64,000 bases of DNA from Azolla caroliniana (lineage: Eukaryota; Plantae; Polypodiophyta). This document shows, one piece after another, positions 1-11,925 of the stretch; the stretch's first letter is position 1, and each line of letters starts with the position of its first letter. The position numbers and the translations under genes are program-made. Where the stretch lies: assembly GCA_043228905.1 (NCBI GenBank), contig JBHGNT010000016.1, forward strand, positions 8,990,001-9,054,000, read 5' to 3'. Under the pieces are notes generated by a model, which was not told where the DNA came from, ran no database searches, and saw only the letters and a program-made list of their open reading frames with translations.

Positions 1-252
1 GTCCATACGGACTGACAGAAGTACGTTGTATTTCAATGCTCACACGAGCATCTGACACTAACTACAAGACCTTAACTACCTACTAATCTAGCTGCTACTT
101 GGCTTCCGGTTACTACTTGATCCGGCTAACCGGCTCCCCAGCTCAACGGCTCACTTGCTCACCGTCTAACCGATCTAGCTCATCCTTCCGGATGCCGATC
201 CAGCTCAGGCTTCTTCAGTCGATCCGGATCCGGTTGACCTTGCCGGTCAACA
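1..252 (-). mobile_element. Copia family A LTR (partial, runs off window) inserted into the RT of another copia
   Basis: Similar to LTRs 43686-44112 and 49111-49536; ends TCAACA at 252 and abuts RT-coding sequence directly, with no PPT. Confidence 0.8.
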
Positions 253-3200
253 AATCTGCCGGAAAGAAGTGATTTAACTTTGTTAATCTCGGCGAGATCC
301 TTTCCTCCGATAACCAAGTCATCCACGTATAGAATGATGACTATCGGTCTATTCGACTCATTTCAGATGTACAAAGATGTATCAGATTTTTACATCCGAA
401 ATCCGACTTGGTGAAGCTACTGCGTGATCTTCGAGTGCCAAGTATGTGTTGCTTGTTTGAGGCCGTAGAGTGGCTTCTTGAGTCGGCATACGGCGTGTGA
501 ATGATTACGAGATTCAAATCTGGGTGGTTGTGTCATATACACCTCTTCTTCAAGCTCTCCTTGGAGGAAAGCGTTTTTCACGTCCATCTGATGGAGGTGC
601 CACCCTTTTGCTGCTCCTAGCGCGATTACGGTCCATATTGTCGTCATCTTTGCCACTGGGGCAAAGGTTTCTTCGTAATCTACGTCGTGTGTTTGTGCGT
701 AGCCTTTTGCAATAAGCCATGCTTTGAAGCGATTTACGGAACCATCGGCATTGTGCTTCACCTTGTAAATCCACCTTCAACCAATTGGTTTCTTGTTTGA
801 GGGGTGAGGAACGAGATCCCATGTCTCGTTTTTGCATAACGCCTCCATCTCCTCATTCATCGCGTTGACCCATCACGGATCCTTTGTGGCTTCGGAAAGC
901 GTTTCTGGTTCTCGTACTGACGCTACCTTCATCATGAATGCGTAATGATACGCCATGTACGCGTCGTAGCCATAGCGGTTTATGGGGTTCTTCTCATGCG
1001 TGGATCAGCATGGCTTGTCATTTGCGGATTCTAGGGGTTTCTTCACACCATCCGTGTGGATGTCAAGGCCTTCGAACTCACTGTCGAGATCGAGATGATC
1101 TTCATACTCGTGCATTTTCGCCTTGCCTTTGTCTAGCAGTGGACTTGGCCGAGATGTGCTTTGACCACTTGGGAGCTCTTGTGGTTCGCTTAGCCATGTC
1201 GAAATTGGACTTTCTTCGTGCATATGTGTGAGATGATCTTCGGCTTCTATTCTTATTTCGATGTCATCCACATTGAGCGGAGTCAAAGTATTCTCTAGTG
1301 CGTACCAGGATGCGGACTCGTCGAAGACTATGTCTGGACTGATGCGAACTTTTCGGTTAGATGGGTTGTAGCACTTGTACCCCTTCTGTTCCAGTGACTA
1401 TCCTATGAGGATACACTTCTCCAACTTCGGATCGAGCTTTTGTCGCATATCGTTGAGAATATGTACGTAGGCGATAGAGCCGAAAATGCGGACATGCGAT
1501 AAGTCCGGCTTCTTTCCAAAGAACTTCTCATGAGGAGTTATGTCGTGTACTCCTAAGGTTGTGTACCTATTCATGAGGTATACGGCCGTGTTCACCGCTT
1601 CTGCCTAGTACGATTTCGGTAGGTTCTTCTTATTCATCATGGTTCGTGCAACTTCTACTATGTGGCGGTTTTTACACTAAGCTACGCCATTTTGCTAAGG
1701 TGTATGTCGACACGAGAACTCTCATCAAATTCCTTCCTTGCGGAGATACGCCGACAACACATTCGAAAAATATTCTATGCCTCCATCTGATCGAAGGCAG
1801 CAGCGTACATGCCAGCCCGTGGCTTTTTCCACTTCGGCTTTGAGCTTCTGGAAGTGGCCGAACACTTCACTCTTTTGCTTCATCGGATAAATCCAAGTAT
1901 TTTTGGAGAAGTCATCGATGAACGTGACATAGTAACGCTATCTGCCAAAAGTAGTTGTTTGGGCTGGTCCCCACACATCGGAATGTATGACATCCAAGAT
2001 CTCGTTGCTTACATTCCGCTCTTTTGGGAGTGGATGATGGCGTTGCTTTCCGAATTGGCATGCTTCGCACATGCCCGTGATCTCCTTTGCCATAAAGTTC
2101 GGGGGTCAGATTATGACTCCTTTTGTCTTCATGTTCTGAAGCTTTTGGAGATTGATGTGGCCAATTCTCTTGTGCCACAATTTTAAGTCGGTTTTGACTT
2201 TCTGGCCCTTTGCGTACATAGCCGACTTTACTTCGCTCGACTCGAGGATGAACATACGGCCTTCTCGTCTGCCGTGAGCTACGATTTGATCGTCTTTTTC
2301 AATGAAACACCCATCGTTGTTGAAGCGTACCTACATTCCTTGTTCTACAATCTGGCCGACCGAGACCAAATTTTTTGTGATGGTGGGAACATGCAGTACG
2401 TTCGCCATTGTTTCCGAATGGGACATTCTCGATATGCTCTATTTGATGAGTCGTATCATCGCCTGTTTCTACATATCTGGGATGTTCGGGCTTCCGTAAT
2501 TCCTAAAACCAATCTTCATGGGAAGTCATGTGATTGGAAGCTCCCGAATCGACAAACCATACACTATTTGGAGTGGAGGCGCTAGTTGTCGCAAATGCAG
2601 ACATCGAGTGCGCTTCATGCTTCATTATGAGCATTCCACCACGGTCGCCATAGTCGGAGTTCGTGGCGTAATTTGTCAGTTGGCAACTTGCCTCACGTTT
2701 CTTCTGGCACTCCTCTTCGTAGTGGCCGGGTTTTCAGCAATATCCGCACTCGACTGGGTTTCGGTGATTGCTCGGTCTAACGTTATGACTCCTCCCCCTT
2801 CCGCCGAACTCTCTGGGACCATTTCTATCCGTTTGCCATTGGTGAGAGTTACGCTCTTGATTATGCCGATCATTACGACCTTGTCCGAAGCGACCTCTGT
2901 GACCTTGGCCGAAATTCCTTCTATCCTCCGACTAGGAGTAGAGAAAATGACCATCTGGTGTGTTGCTCCTCTGCCAGACGTGATTCTCTTCGACCAGCAA
3001 TATCGATTGAAGGTCGAAGGAGGGAGGGTTCTCCCTTGCAAGAATAGCCAATCTAATCGCGCTGAAACGCAGTGCTAAGCCTTTGAGGCATATCTACACC
3101 AATTCTTCATCATCAATGATGATGTTGATCAATCCGAGGGTGTCACATAGCTCCTAGATCTTCAAGGTATAACTTGAGATTGTCATGTCCCTATGTTGGA

Positions 3201-3714
3201 TGCTATTCAACTCCTAACGAAGTTGGAGCTTGCGCGCGGCCGTGTTGGCTGCGAAAATCTTTTTGAGATTTTCCCACGCCTACTTAAGCGTTTTTGCCTC
3301 TCGAATGTAGCAAAGCATCTGATCATGAACACATGATGCAAGGCAATACAACACACGGCTTGCGGCCTGCTCTCAAGCGGGATAGTCGACGTGTGTTGGG
3401 TTGGGGTGTGATTCGTGAGCTCCTTCAATGTAGCTCCAGTAGCCTTGTCCGACAAGATATTGATGCCTCTTGTATGCCCAAGATGCAAAGCTCGTTCTGT
3501 CGAGCTTCTTGGTAGGAAGAGTGCTTCCCATTTGAGTATTCATGGTGATTTCTTCTCTGTTGATGGGCCGGTTCTGTTGATTGTCGACATGCAGCACAAC
3601 ACAGTCGAAAATGCTTGATCAGGCAACCACACGCTCTGATACCATATGAAAAAATGGGAAGGCAAGAGTGTTTGCAATGCAGCGGAAGGTGAACGTATGT
3701 GTGTGTGTGTGTAA

Positions 3715-3751
<37 letters not shown>

Positions 3752-4010
3752 CAAAAGTGTATATGATATTAACAAAACGAAATACATCCAACAGTGACTA
3801 AGTTACAATGAGTTGGTTTATATACCAACTAAGCTAGCGCAAGTACCCTGTCTACTATTTACAAAACTAGCCTGGAATGTCCATGAGCTAGTGTGAAACC
3901 TATCTAGGGGAAGTTGAGTTCGATTCGGAACGGATCGTAACACACAAGTAAGATTAATGATATTAAGCATAGGATGGTAACCAAATAGACACTAAACAAT
4001 ACTTAAAACA
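253..4010 (-). mobile_element. Decayed Ty1/copia retrotransposon (gag, PR, INT, partial RT) with 5' LTR
   Basis: RT motifs HQMDVKNAFLQG, LKKPLYGLKQA and LYVDDL (253-760); integrase and GAG-pre-integrase fragments; tRNAi-Met PBS (GCTCTGATACCA on + strand) at 3633-3644; LTR about 3645-4010, right edge approximate. Confidence 0.9.
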
Positions 4011-5050
4011 ATAACGCTTCTATTAATTACCCATCCCTGATTACATTCTTGTCGGGTCCTTTTATAGGTCTTCGGCTGAGTTACAAACCGGTGCCAACCG
4101 GCAACCGGCAACGATCCGGTCCAAATCCGAATCGGCATACCGATTCTGGTTCTTCCGCCCGCTTCTCAAAATAACATAATATTTATCTTCTCAAAATAAC
4201 ATAATATTTATTAATAACAACTCCCTATCCTTAATTGAATACCCTTTCACATTTTGGTCTCTAACTGGCCCTTTGGTCTTGCCGGTCAACACATGGCACG
4301 CCCGTGGGACGGTACATTGTACATCGAACCCATGCTTAGCCCTTTTCAATTGGCCATCAAAATGTCCAAAATGCTTTGGTCCAAGGGTTCTAGAGGTTCT
4401 TCGGGTAGTTGCTCCATTTGTTGTGGTGGTTGGTGTTGTTGTTGCTATTGCTCTTCGGCCTGCTCTTCCTGTCCGGCTCCAATCCCTTCCAGGCTTCCGT
4501 CTCCAGGTCATCTGTTTTGGGCTCCTCCTGCTCCTAACGTCCGGCTTGCACTGGCTCTTGCGGGTTCGGCTGCTCCACTTGAGTTACATTTGGCTGGCTT
4601 CCTCCGGTTTCGGCTGCATTCAGAGTCTGTTTCGGACATTGCTCTTCGTCACTAATATTAATTGTTGTTGTTCTTCTAGTTGCCTTTTCTTTTTCTAGTT
4701 CCGGTAACCCCGACTCCCTTGTCTGTTTTTCTTCATGGTTGCCGGCCAACTTCTTGCCGCTGCCTATTTCCACATTGTTCTTCGGTTGATGAAACAGGTT
4801 CTGTGTCATGGGTCCATAATATGGTTTAAGTCGGAACCCATTTACCCACTTGTCCAGCACCTCACCGGCTAGCATTCCTAGCTTATATGAGCCGTTTATA
4901 CTAAGTACACCTTTTGGGTTATTTACAAGTGTAGCCCATAAGGGCATATTTAGACTATTTACAAGTATAGTCTTTCGAGTTGGCTGTCTATACGGTTTCG
5001 GTTTCGGCCGAGGCCGAGTTTCTCATCAACTCGGCTCTTCTCTTCCCATT
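4011..5050 (-). mobile_element. Ty3/gypsy 3' fragment (Athila/Tat-like integrase tail, PPT, partial 3' LTR)
   Basis: ORF 4534-4947 contains GSYKL...VNGFRLKPY; TAATAACA at about 4219 is followed by pyrimidine run CTCCCTATCC (PPT on minus strand). Confidence 0.55.
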
Positions 5051-5088
5051 TGGAGGGACTCGTTCCCTAACACAATGCATTATTGTAT

Positions 5089-5300
5089 TGTATAAGATTC
5101 AACTCATTACATTGTAGGTTAATCACTAGAACTTTCAAGAAACTTATAGAGAATGCATCTTTTCATGCACTCTCTAGATGTTTCCTAGCTTACATGCATA
5201 TCTCCACATTCTTGTATAAATACTCGGGTGCACGTTGATTACAATCAAGGTGAACAACACTAGTTACGGAAGCGTAATTCAGTTCTTGCCATCTTGTCTA

Positions 5301-5340
<40 letters not shown>

Positions 5341-5844
5341 ATTTAGTCTCATCTACTCATCCGTGACAGTTTGTTCACCTTCCTCTTCTTGTTACCATGT
5401 CTGACTCAATCAACAACTTAAACCAAGTAATGGCAGTCTTGGAACAACTTCAATTAGAAAATGAAATCCTTCGTCAATCATTACGAGAGCTTCAAAATGG
5501 CACATCGAACAACCCCCCCCACCCATCAAGTCACCCTCCGTCAGCACCTAGCCCAACCCCTTCCTCTTCCCATTCATATGTCCTCGAACCTAGTGTCAGC
5601 CTACCTAACCAATTCAATGGCTCGAGGGTGCATCTACGCGGCGTCATCAATCAAATTCCTCTTATCATCCTGCTTACAACCCCAACGTTATGCTAGCGAT
5701 TTCTCTCAGGTCGGCCTCATTGGCACCCTTCTCTCTGGGCTGGTACAAGCATGGTTGGCCGCATTGATCAAGACCTCATCCCCACTCTTAGACAACGTTC
5801 CTGCCTTCCTTGTTGAGCTTGAAGCCACATTCGGAGAGACAAAC
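5089..5844 (+). mobile_element. Truncated Tcn1-like chromovirus: 5' LTR (about 5089-5368) plus gag fragment
   Basis: TATAAA 5215-5220; LTR ends GTGACA at 5368; frameshifted gag EPSVSLPNQFNGSRVHLRGVINQI...GLIGTLLSG..QAW is homologous to the gag at 14748-15194. Confidence 0.75.
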
Positions 5845-6137
5845 TGATGATGAACAATAGTCACGAACAATCATCTCGATTTGGTGACTCGAAAAGTAGC
5901 GACCGGAAAAGTGTTTATCCAGGAACGGGTAACACAATTTGGCACACCTGGTTCGAGCTATGAGTACATAGTGAACACACAAAGGAGAAAAACCCAGTCG
6001 CCGTAACAACGCGCGCCCCAAGGGAATCCACACTCGGACAACTTCCCAACACTCCACGGTTTTGTGCACACGGTTTTATACATTTGTTTCCTATGAAATA
6101 CTAAATATGACAAGAAAATATACAAAGTCTAAAGCAC

Positions 6138-6210
6138 TTAGTAGTAGCCTTAGTGGTTAGTCAATTGCCTCTCCTCTTGGAGGTGCAAGGTTCAAATCTT
6201 GCTTGCCCCT
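6138..6210 (+). repeat. Degenerate tRNA-like/SINE head
   Basis: A-box-like TAGCCTTAGTGG (6145-6156) and B-box-like GGTTCAAATC (6189-6198) at tRNA spacing; no clean cloverleaf. Confidence 0.4.
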
Positions 6211-6457
6211 CTCTATATGCACTTAGCCTTAAGCTTATTTATTTGTTTTCATATTTGCAAGTGTGTGTGGAACCATAGTTTTTCACTCAATGGGTACGCA
6301 CGACATCCACCCCCACCAAACCGCACATCCTCCGGCATGTGCCAAGAAGTAAAAGAGTGATGTGGTGGGGTCAAAGTTTGTCAACCTTTGATTTGCTCCT
6401 TCCTTGCCCCTCCATTTTGAGCTTGTCCATTCCTTCCAGCCGAACCATGGTCGCCAT

Positions 6458-6970
6458 TAACAATCAGCAACGGTTCGGTTCGGTTCGAGAGGGACCAAAC
6501 CGAACCATTAAATTTTTTTGAAACTTGAACCGAACCGAACCATGAAACTGTTAAACAATTTTCAAACCGTTAAATCATCAAACCGTAAAAACCGAACCGT
6601 TAAACAATTTTCAAACGGTTAAATTATCAAATCGTAAAAACCGTGGTTTCGTGGTTCGGTTTTGGTTTTCAACATAGGTCAAAAATTTTAATTTTTTAAA
6701 ATTTTCTAATATTTCAGTATGTAAAAGTTTTAAGATGTTCCTAAAAAGTGAGAATAAGGTCTAAAAATGAAAAGATTGCTTAAAAACAATTTTTATAAAT
6801 TTTTTTTAAAAACATAAAAATAAAAAACCATTAAACCGTTTAAACCACGGTTTCTGGCTGTTAAAACCGAACCAAAACTGAACCCAACCGTTGAAACCAT
6901 TAAGCTGTTTAGCCGTTAAGCCGCAGTTTCGCGATTTGGTTCGGTTCAACTGAGCCGTTGCCGATTGTTA
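6458..6970. mobile_element. Non-autonomous hAT-type DNA transposon (MITE), 513 bp
   Basis: Perfect 8-bp TSD GTCGCCAT at 6450-6457 and 6971-6978; imperfect 23-bp TIRs starting TAACAATC(A/G)GCAACGG; many subterminal AACCG/CGGTT motifs. Confidence 0.9.
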
Positions 6971-7029
6971 GTCGCCATCCGATCCACCATATCCTACGCT
7001 TGCACTTTGCAATGCCATGACTGGTTGTC

Positions 7030-8110
7030 ATGACCCCCTTTCCCCCTCCCGAGCATAACCTTTCACAATTTGTGTATTTGCCATCTTCATCCGTTCATCT
7101 CATTGGTCAAGAGACTTCGATCCTTCATTCTTTCTCGTTCTGCAATTGCCTTCACAAGACCTTTGTCCGAATGCTGACGCTAACTACCCGTTGTAGTCCC
7201 TTCAAGTGCATGCTCACCTAGAGTTCTCTAAGTGACCATATTGCATGCCTCTCTTTCTACCATTCATTGTGGTAAACTCTGACGATATAGTTTGCCACTA
7301 CTCCGATCTCCACGCTAGTGTCCTCCTCCACATTAGATGTCATGGTTACCTCCTGGAGAACACCCTTCAAATCCACCCGGCTCACTTGGCCATCACCTTC
7401 TGTCATCGTGCTTCGTTTGGTCTCTTCGTCGTACACACCATATTCATCCTTCGCTTCCTCGCAGCCCCCTTCCGTCTCTTCGGTCTCACATTGGCTTTAA
7501 GACGCAACTGCCGAAGTCTCTAGAACAAGTGTGGAGGAATCCTCCATGGTCATTGCTCGCTCTTGCCATCTTCAGGTTGATGCCATTGTCTGTGTTGTCT
7601 TGGTCCTTCTCTTCCTCTTCGCCACCATCCATCTCTTGGGTCTCACATCTCTCGCTCTTCAAGCTTCTTTAGGTGGTAATGTGTAGTCACATCCCGTCCT
7701 CCTTTCACCATCCCTCATGGGTTGTGTTGTTGCCGATGAGAATCTCGTCTTCCTCTTATCGTGTAGTCGTCATACTCTTTCTACTTTGGTTCAATCCTTG
7801 GTGAGGCCATTTGCACCGTAATCTTCTTCGAGTTTGAGCCCAATGGCCATCTTTTCCCTTCGATCGATCAACTTCACGAACAACAAGACCTTATCCACCC
7901 CCACCAATCTTTGTTCCTACTCCGAGAGTTGAGAAAAACAACGCTCAAAGTCTAGGAATGCTTGTCTCGCACCTTGGTGGGTCTTCACCGATGCCACCTA
8001 CTAGTCGAACTCACGCCAACCTCTTCCCTTCAGTCTCTCGTAGCCATATGCCTCCAATAGAGCATGCTTGAAAGCTACCCACGAATCATGAGCTTCTCGA
8101 AGCTCTTTAA
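7030..8110 (+). mobile_element. Highly degenerate gypsy RT/RNase H remnant
   Basis: FIVVNSDDIV resembles the FVVVYLDDIL catalytic motif; the rest is heavily eroded. Confidence 0.35.
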
Positions 8111-8114
8111 CCTC

Positions 8115-9625
8115 TATTGAGATACAAGCTCAACATTGGTCAGATCGGTTGTGCAAGTGGAGAACCGGATCGGTTTGGACCGATCGGTTAGGTCAGACCG
8201 GTGCGTAAACTGGTGCGCAACAAGAGGCTGGATCGGTGCGGAAACCGGGAGGCCGTTGAATAGATATTCCGTGAGGGAATATATTTGGGAGTTAGTGTAG
8301 GAGTTCAGTTATGAGCATTGAAGTACGTGTCAGTACTTCTATTAGTTCGTATGGACTTGTATAAAAGTGCTCTCTGAGCACATCCTATGTACAGAGTTTA
8401 CACATTATTTGAATTTAGTTTTTCTATGTATATTTCCCTCTCTGTCTGTCCCACGTACATTGTGTCTTATGCTCTCCATTAAACCTGTTTCTTCTCTGTC
8501 GGTATTATGTGTTTCGTATAGCTTCTGCGCGTAACATTTCACACGGTATCAGAGCGCGAGGGTTGAGAACCTCTGCAACCGACTTCAGCTCGAAACACAC
8601 ACAAAAAAACTAATCTCGGTGAAGAACACAAAGGAAAAAATGGATAGAGGTATGGCTAGTTCGCTTCCAACTGAGAAGCTCGACATAAGTAACTACGCAT
8701 CTTGGTCGTACGAGATGCACCAGTACCTGCTCGGACATGGATACTGGAGCTATGTCGATGGAGCGAATGATGCAGCACCCGAATCGACACACAGAGACTT
8801 GCCGGCCCGGGAACAGTCGACGAATAGAGTTCTCTACTGCTTCGCGTCTTGTGTGAGTGAAAAACTCTTGAGCTACATTCGGGATGCAAGAACGCTGAAG
8901 GATGCTTGGGGAAATCTGAAAAAGATTTTCGCCACAAGCACCACAGCCAAGAAGCCCCAACTCTGACAAGAGTTGAGCAATGTGCGTCAACGCGACATGA
9001 AGGTGGCTGACTACACCTCCAAGATAAAGGATATCTGCGACACCCTCGCCTCCATCAATGTGAACGTTGACGAGGGTGAAATGGTGCAGATCTGCCTTGG
9101 AGGATTGGTGTCAAAGTTCGGAGCATTCCGAACTGCTATTTGTACAAGAGAGAATACGCCATCATTTTTCGACTTGTAGTCGATGCTCCTTGTAGAGGAG
9201 AATCACGCGGGTGTGTCGACGAGTATGCACGCCAATAGCAAGATTTTGTACACGGAGGGAAATAGGCCCCGTGGTCGTGGTGGACGAGGCGAGTCGGCAC
9301 ACAATGGAGGTGGCCGACGGGAGCAAGGAAGAAGGCATCGTGGTGATGCCAACAGCAATTCCGAACCCTCCGGAAGCAGGGGGAGTCGAGGAGGCGACGA
9401 GAACTGGCAAGGGAAACACGCCGCGGAATGTTGGTATTGTGCCAAGAAAGGCCACAAGGAGAGCGAGTGCTGGAAGAAGCATGCCGATTCGGAGAAAACC
9501 GGATCCCGATCCGAACAAACCGAACAAGGAAATCGGCAGCGGACACACTACGCCGAAGGATCCGAAAAAGTCGGAAAGGGGGCAGCCTTTGTGACAAGAC
9601 ACAAATCGAACTCGATGAAGAAGAC
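8115..9625 (+). mobile_element. Truncated copia related to family A: 5' LTR 8115-8543, PBS, gag
   Basis: PBS variant CGGTATCAGAGC 8544-8555; gag MDRGMASSLPTEKLD and zinc knuckle CWYCAKKGHKESEC closely match the element at 43686-49536; breaks off just before the protease. Confidence 0.9.
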
Positions 9626-10676
9626 ATCTTCTCCAACCTCTACCTACCGATGACCCCCCATTTCGCAGTCCTTGTTCCGACCGCAAGGTCTATAACCATA
9701 ACTTTGTTTCTTCTATGGAGGCCCATGTATCGAGGATAGGCACCCACATTGAGTTAAGCATCGTCGACCACCGAGCCCTCGGTCGTGTCAAGTGCCCCCG
9801 CAAAACGTTACGTGGCATTGCAAATGGCGTCATCGGTTTCTACATCTCACACTCCCCGACATCCCCCTCACACACCTCTCATTGTAACACACGGGACTAC
9901 ATTATGGAGCCGTGTTTTCATTTTATTTTTATCTCCCTTTTCACATTTAGGATCATGCTCAGGACTACACCTTCGGTCACCGGCATTGTAATGTTTCCAT
10001 CCCTCTTTTTTATTTTTATTTTATTTCCATCCTACCCTCTCCTCACTTTTCCCAACTTACCCCTTCCAAATTTCCATCCATACCCTCCCTTTACTTTTTA
10101 TATTCCCACACTACCCCTATCTTCATTTTTTCCATATTACCCTCTCACCCCTACATTTTTCATAATTTTAGCTCTAGCCCTCCCTCTACTTTTCAAAATT
10201 ACCACCCTACGCTTGCCCTCACTTTTTCATAATTAACCACCCCTACCCTCACCTTTGATAATACCCTCCTAACCCCCCCCTACTTTTCATATTTTTATAT
10301 CTAGCCCTCCCCTCATCTAAACCCATAATTTATCCCTACCCCTCATCTCTCTTAAATATCTACCTCTCTCTTACTTTTTAACCTCACACGTGTGCCCACA
10401 TCACCACTCCCTTTTCCTTATCTTTTAACAATTTTACCTCTCCTTCCTTAAACATTGACGTGTACACATCCCTTTCCCCTCTCTCGTACTTTCTCCCTAC
10501 ACTCTTTCCCATACCCTCTCACTCCTTCCCTCTTACCATTCCCTTTTCCCTATCTTTAAGAAACCTTAACTTTACATCCCACTACCTTTCCTTCCTTGAT
10601 GTGCACATATGTACATAGCTACCCCCCACTCCCAATTTTGATCCCATACCCTCACTCTACCCCTCTCCTAAAGTCC

Positions 10677-10684
10677 TATATAAA
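10677..10684 (+). promoter_or_regulatory. TATA box upstream of the hammerhead
   Basis: CCTATATAAACCC, a plant-type TATA context, about 25 nt before stem I. Confidence 0.45.
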
Positions 10685-10701
10685 CCCCATCCCTCACCCT
10701 C

Positions 10702-10762
10702 ATGGTCTTATGTTGGCACTGATGAGCCCTTCATGGGCGAAACTAGTTTGCCATAAGACCAT
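10702..10762 (+). ncRNA. Minimal type I hammerhead ribozyme
   Basis: Stem I ATGGTCTTA-[TGT bulge]-TGGCA pairs with TGCCA-TAAGACCAT; core CTGATGA 10719-10725; stem II GCCC/GGGC with loop TTCAT; GAAA 10739-10742; palindromic CTAG in stem III; GUU cleavage triplet ending at 10748. Confidence 0.85.
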
Positions 10763-10832
10763 ACCCTAACACACCCTTCCCCCCTCAAACCCCATTTAAT
10801 TTTTTTCCAATAATAATTACATGTTTTAGTTA

Positions 10833-10870
<38 letters not shown>

Positions 10871-11925
10871 TTAGTTTTTAATTTTGTTGTTAATTAGTAT
10901 GTTAATCTCATTGTCTCCCCTTACTCCACTTACTCCTCTTTTTAATGTTTAACTATGTTTTTAAACTCGTTTTTTATTCTTAATCTTGGACTTAATTATG
11001 TTTTAATGTTTTAATCTCTCTCTCTGTCCCCCTCTCTCACCCACTACCCTCCCTTTACCTTGTTTTAGGTTTATGTTTCTAGTTTTATGATTACGTTTTT
11101 AGTTTTTCTTAGGGTTAGTTTTATGTGTTAATCATTTTCATTAGTGTTTATGTTTAGCCTTAGCATGTTAATCCTCTCCCCTCTCGGTTTTTTAATTATG
11201 TTCTTTAATCCTGTTTTTTAATTATGTTCTTTAATCTCGTTTTTTTTAAAATCCTAAACTTAATCTCCTATCCCCACTCCCGCCTTCCTCCTCTATACCA
11301 AGCACTTTCACGATTTGGGTGCGCTCCAATCGACCTTGGTGTTCCTCCTCTCTGACATCTTCTCTAACCTCTACTCGTCGATGACCCCCCATTTTGCACT
11401 CCTTGTTTCGACCACAAGGTCTATAACCATGAATTTAGGTTTATGTTTCTAGTTTTATGATTCCTTTTTTAGTTTTTTTGTTAGGGTTAGTTTTATGTGT
11501 TAATCGTTTTCATTACTGTTTATGTTTAGCCTTAGCATGTTAATCCTTTCCCCTCTCAGTTTTTTAATTATGTTCTTTAATCCCGTTTTTTTAATTATGT
11601 TCTTTCATCTCGTTTTTTTTTTTTAATCCTAAATTTAATCTCCTATCCCCACTCCCACCTTCCTCCTCTACACCAAGCACTTTCACGATTCAGGTGCGCT
11701 CCAATCGACTTGGTGTTCCTCCTCTCCGACATCTTCTCCAACCTCTACTTGCTGATGACCCCCCATTTCGCATTCCTTCTTCCGACCGCAAGGTCTATAA
11801 CCATAGGATTCCAACAAGCCATATGGATGGTGTCATGGCATCTTTGCTCGGCAACAAGCATCACAAGTCCGAACATAGTCATCGACAAAACGTCGCATAT
11901 GGGGTCACTAAAAAGATCATCGGAC

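Larger units (their letters stand above)
9622..11925 (+). mobile_element. Unclassified hammerhead-containing insert (retrozyme/Penelope-like candidate)
   Basis: An 80-bp segment GACATCTTCTC...TATAACCAT recurs at about 9622, 11354 and 11728; tandem duplication of about 370 bp (11064-11430 and 11434-11804); pyrimidine-rich tract; TATA box and hammerhead inside. Confidence 0.45.

Noticed and set aside
9715-10236. 173-aa ORF as a Penelope GIY-YIG tail or membrane protein
   Set aside because: Only a vague resemblance; the hydrophobic half comes from a pyrimidine-rich low-complexity tract.
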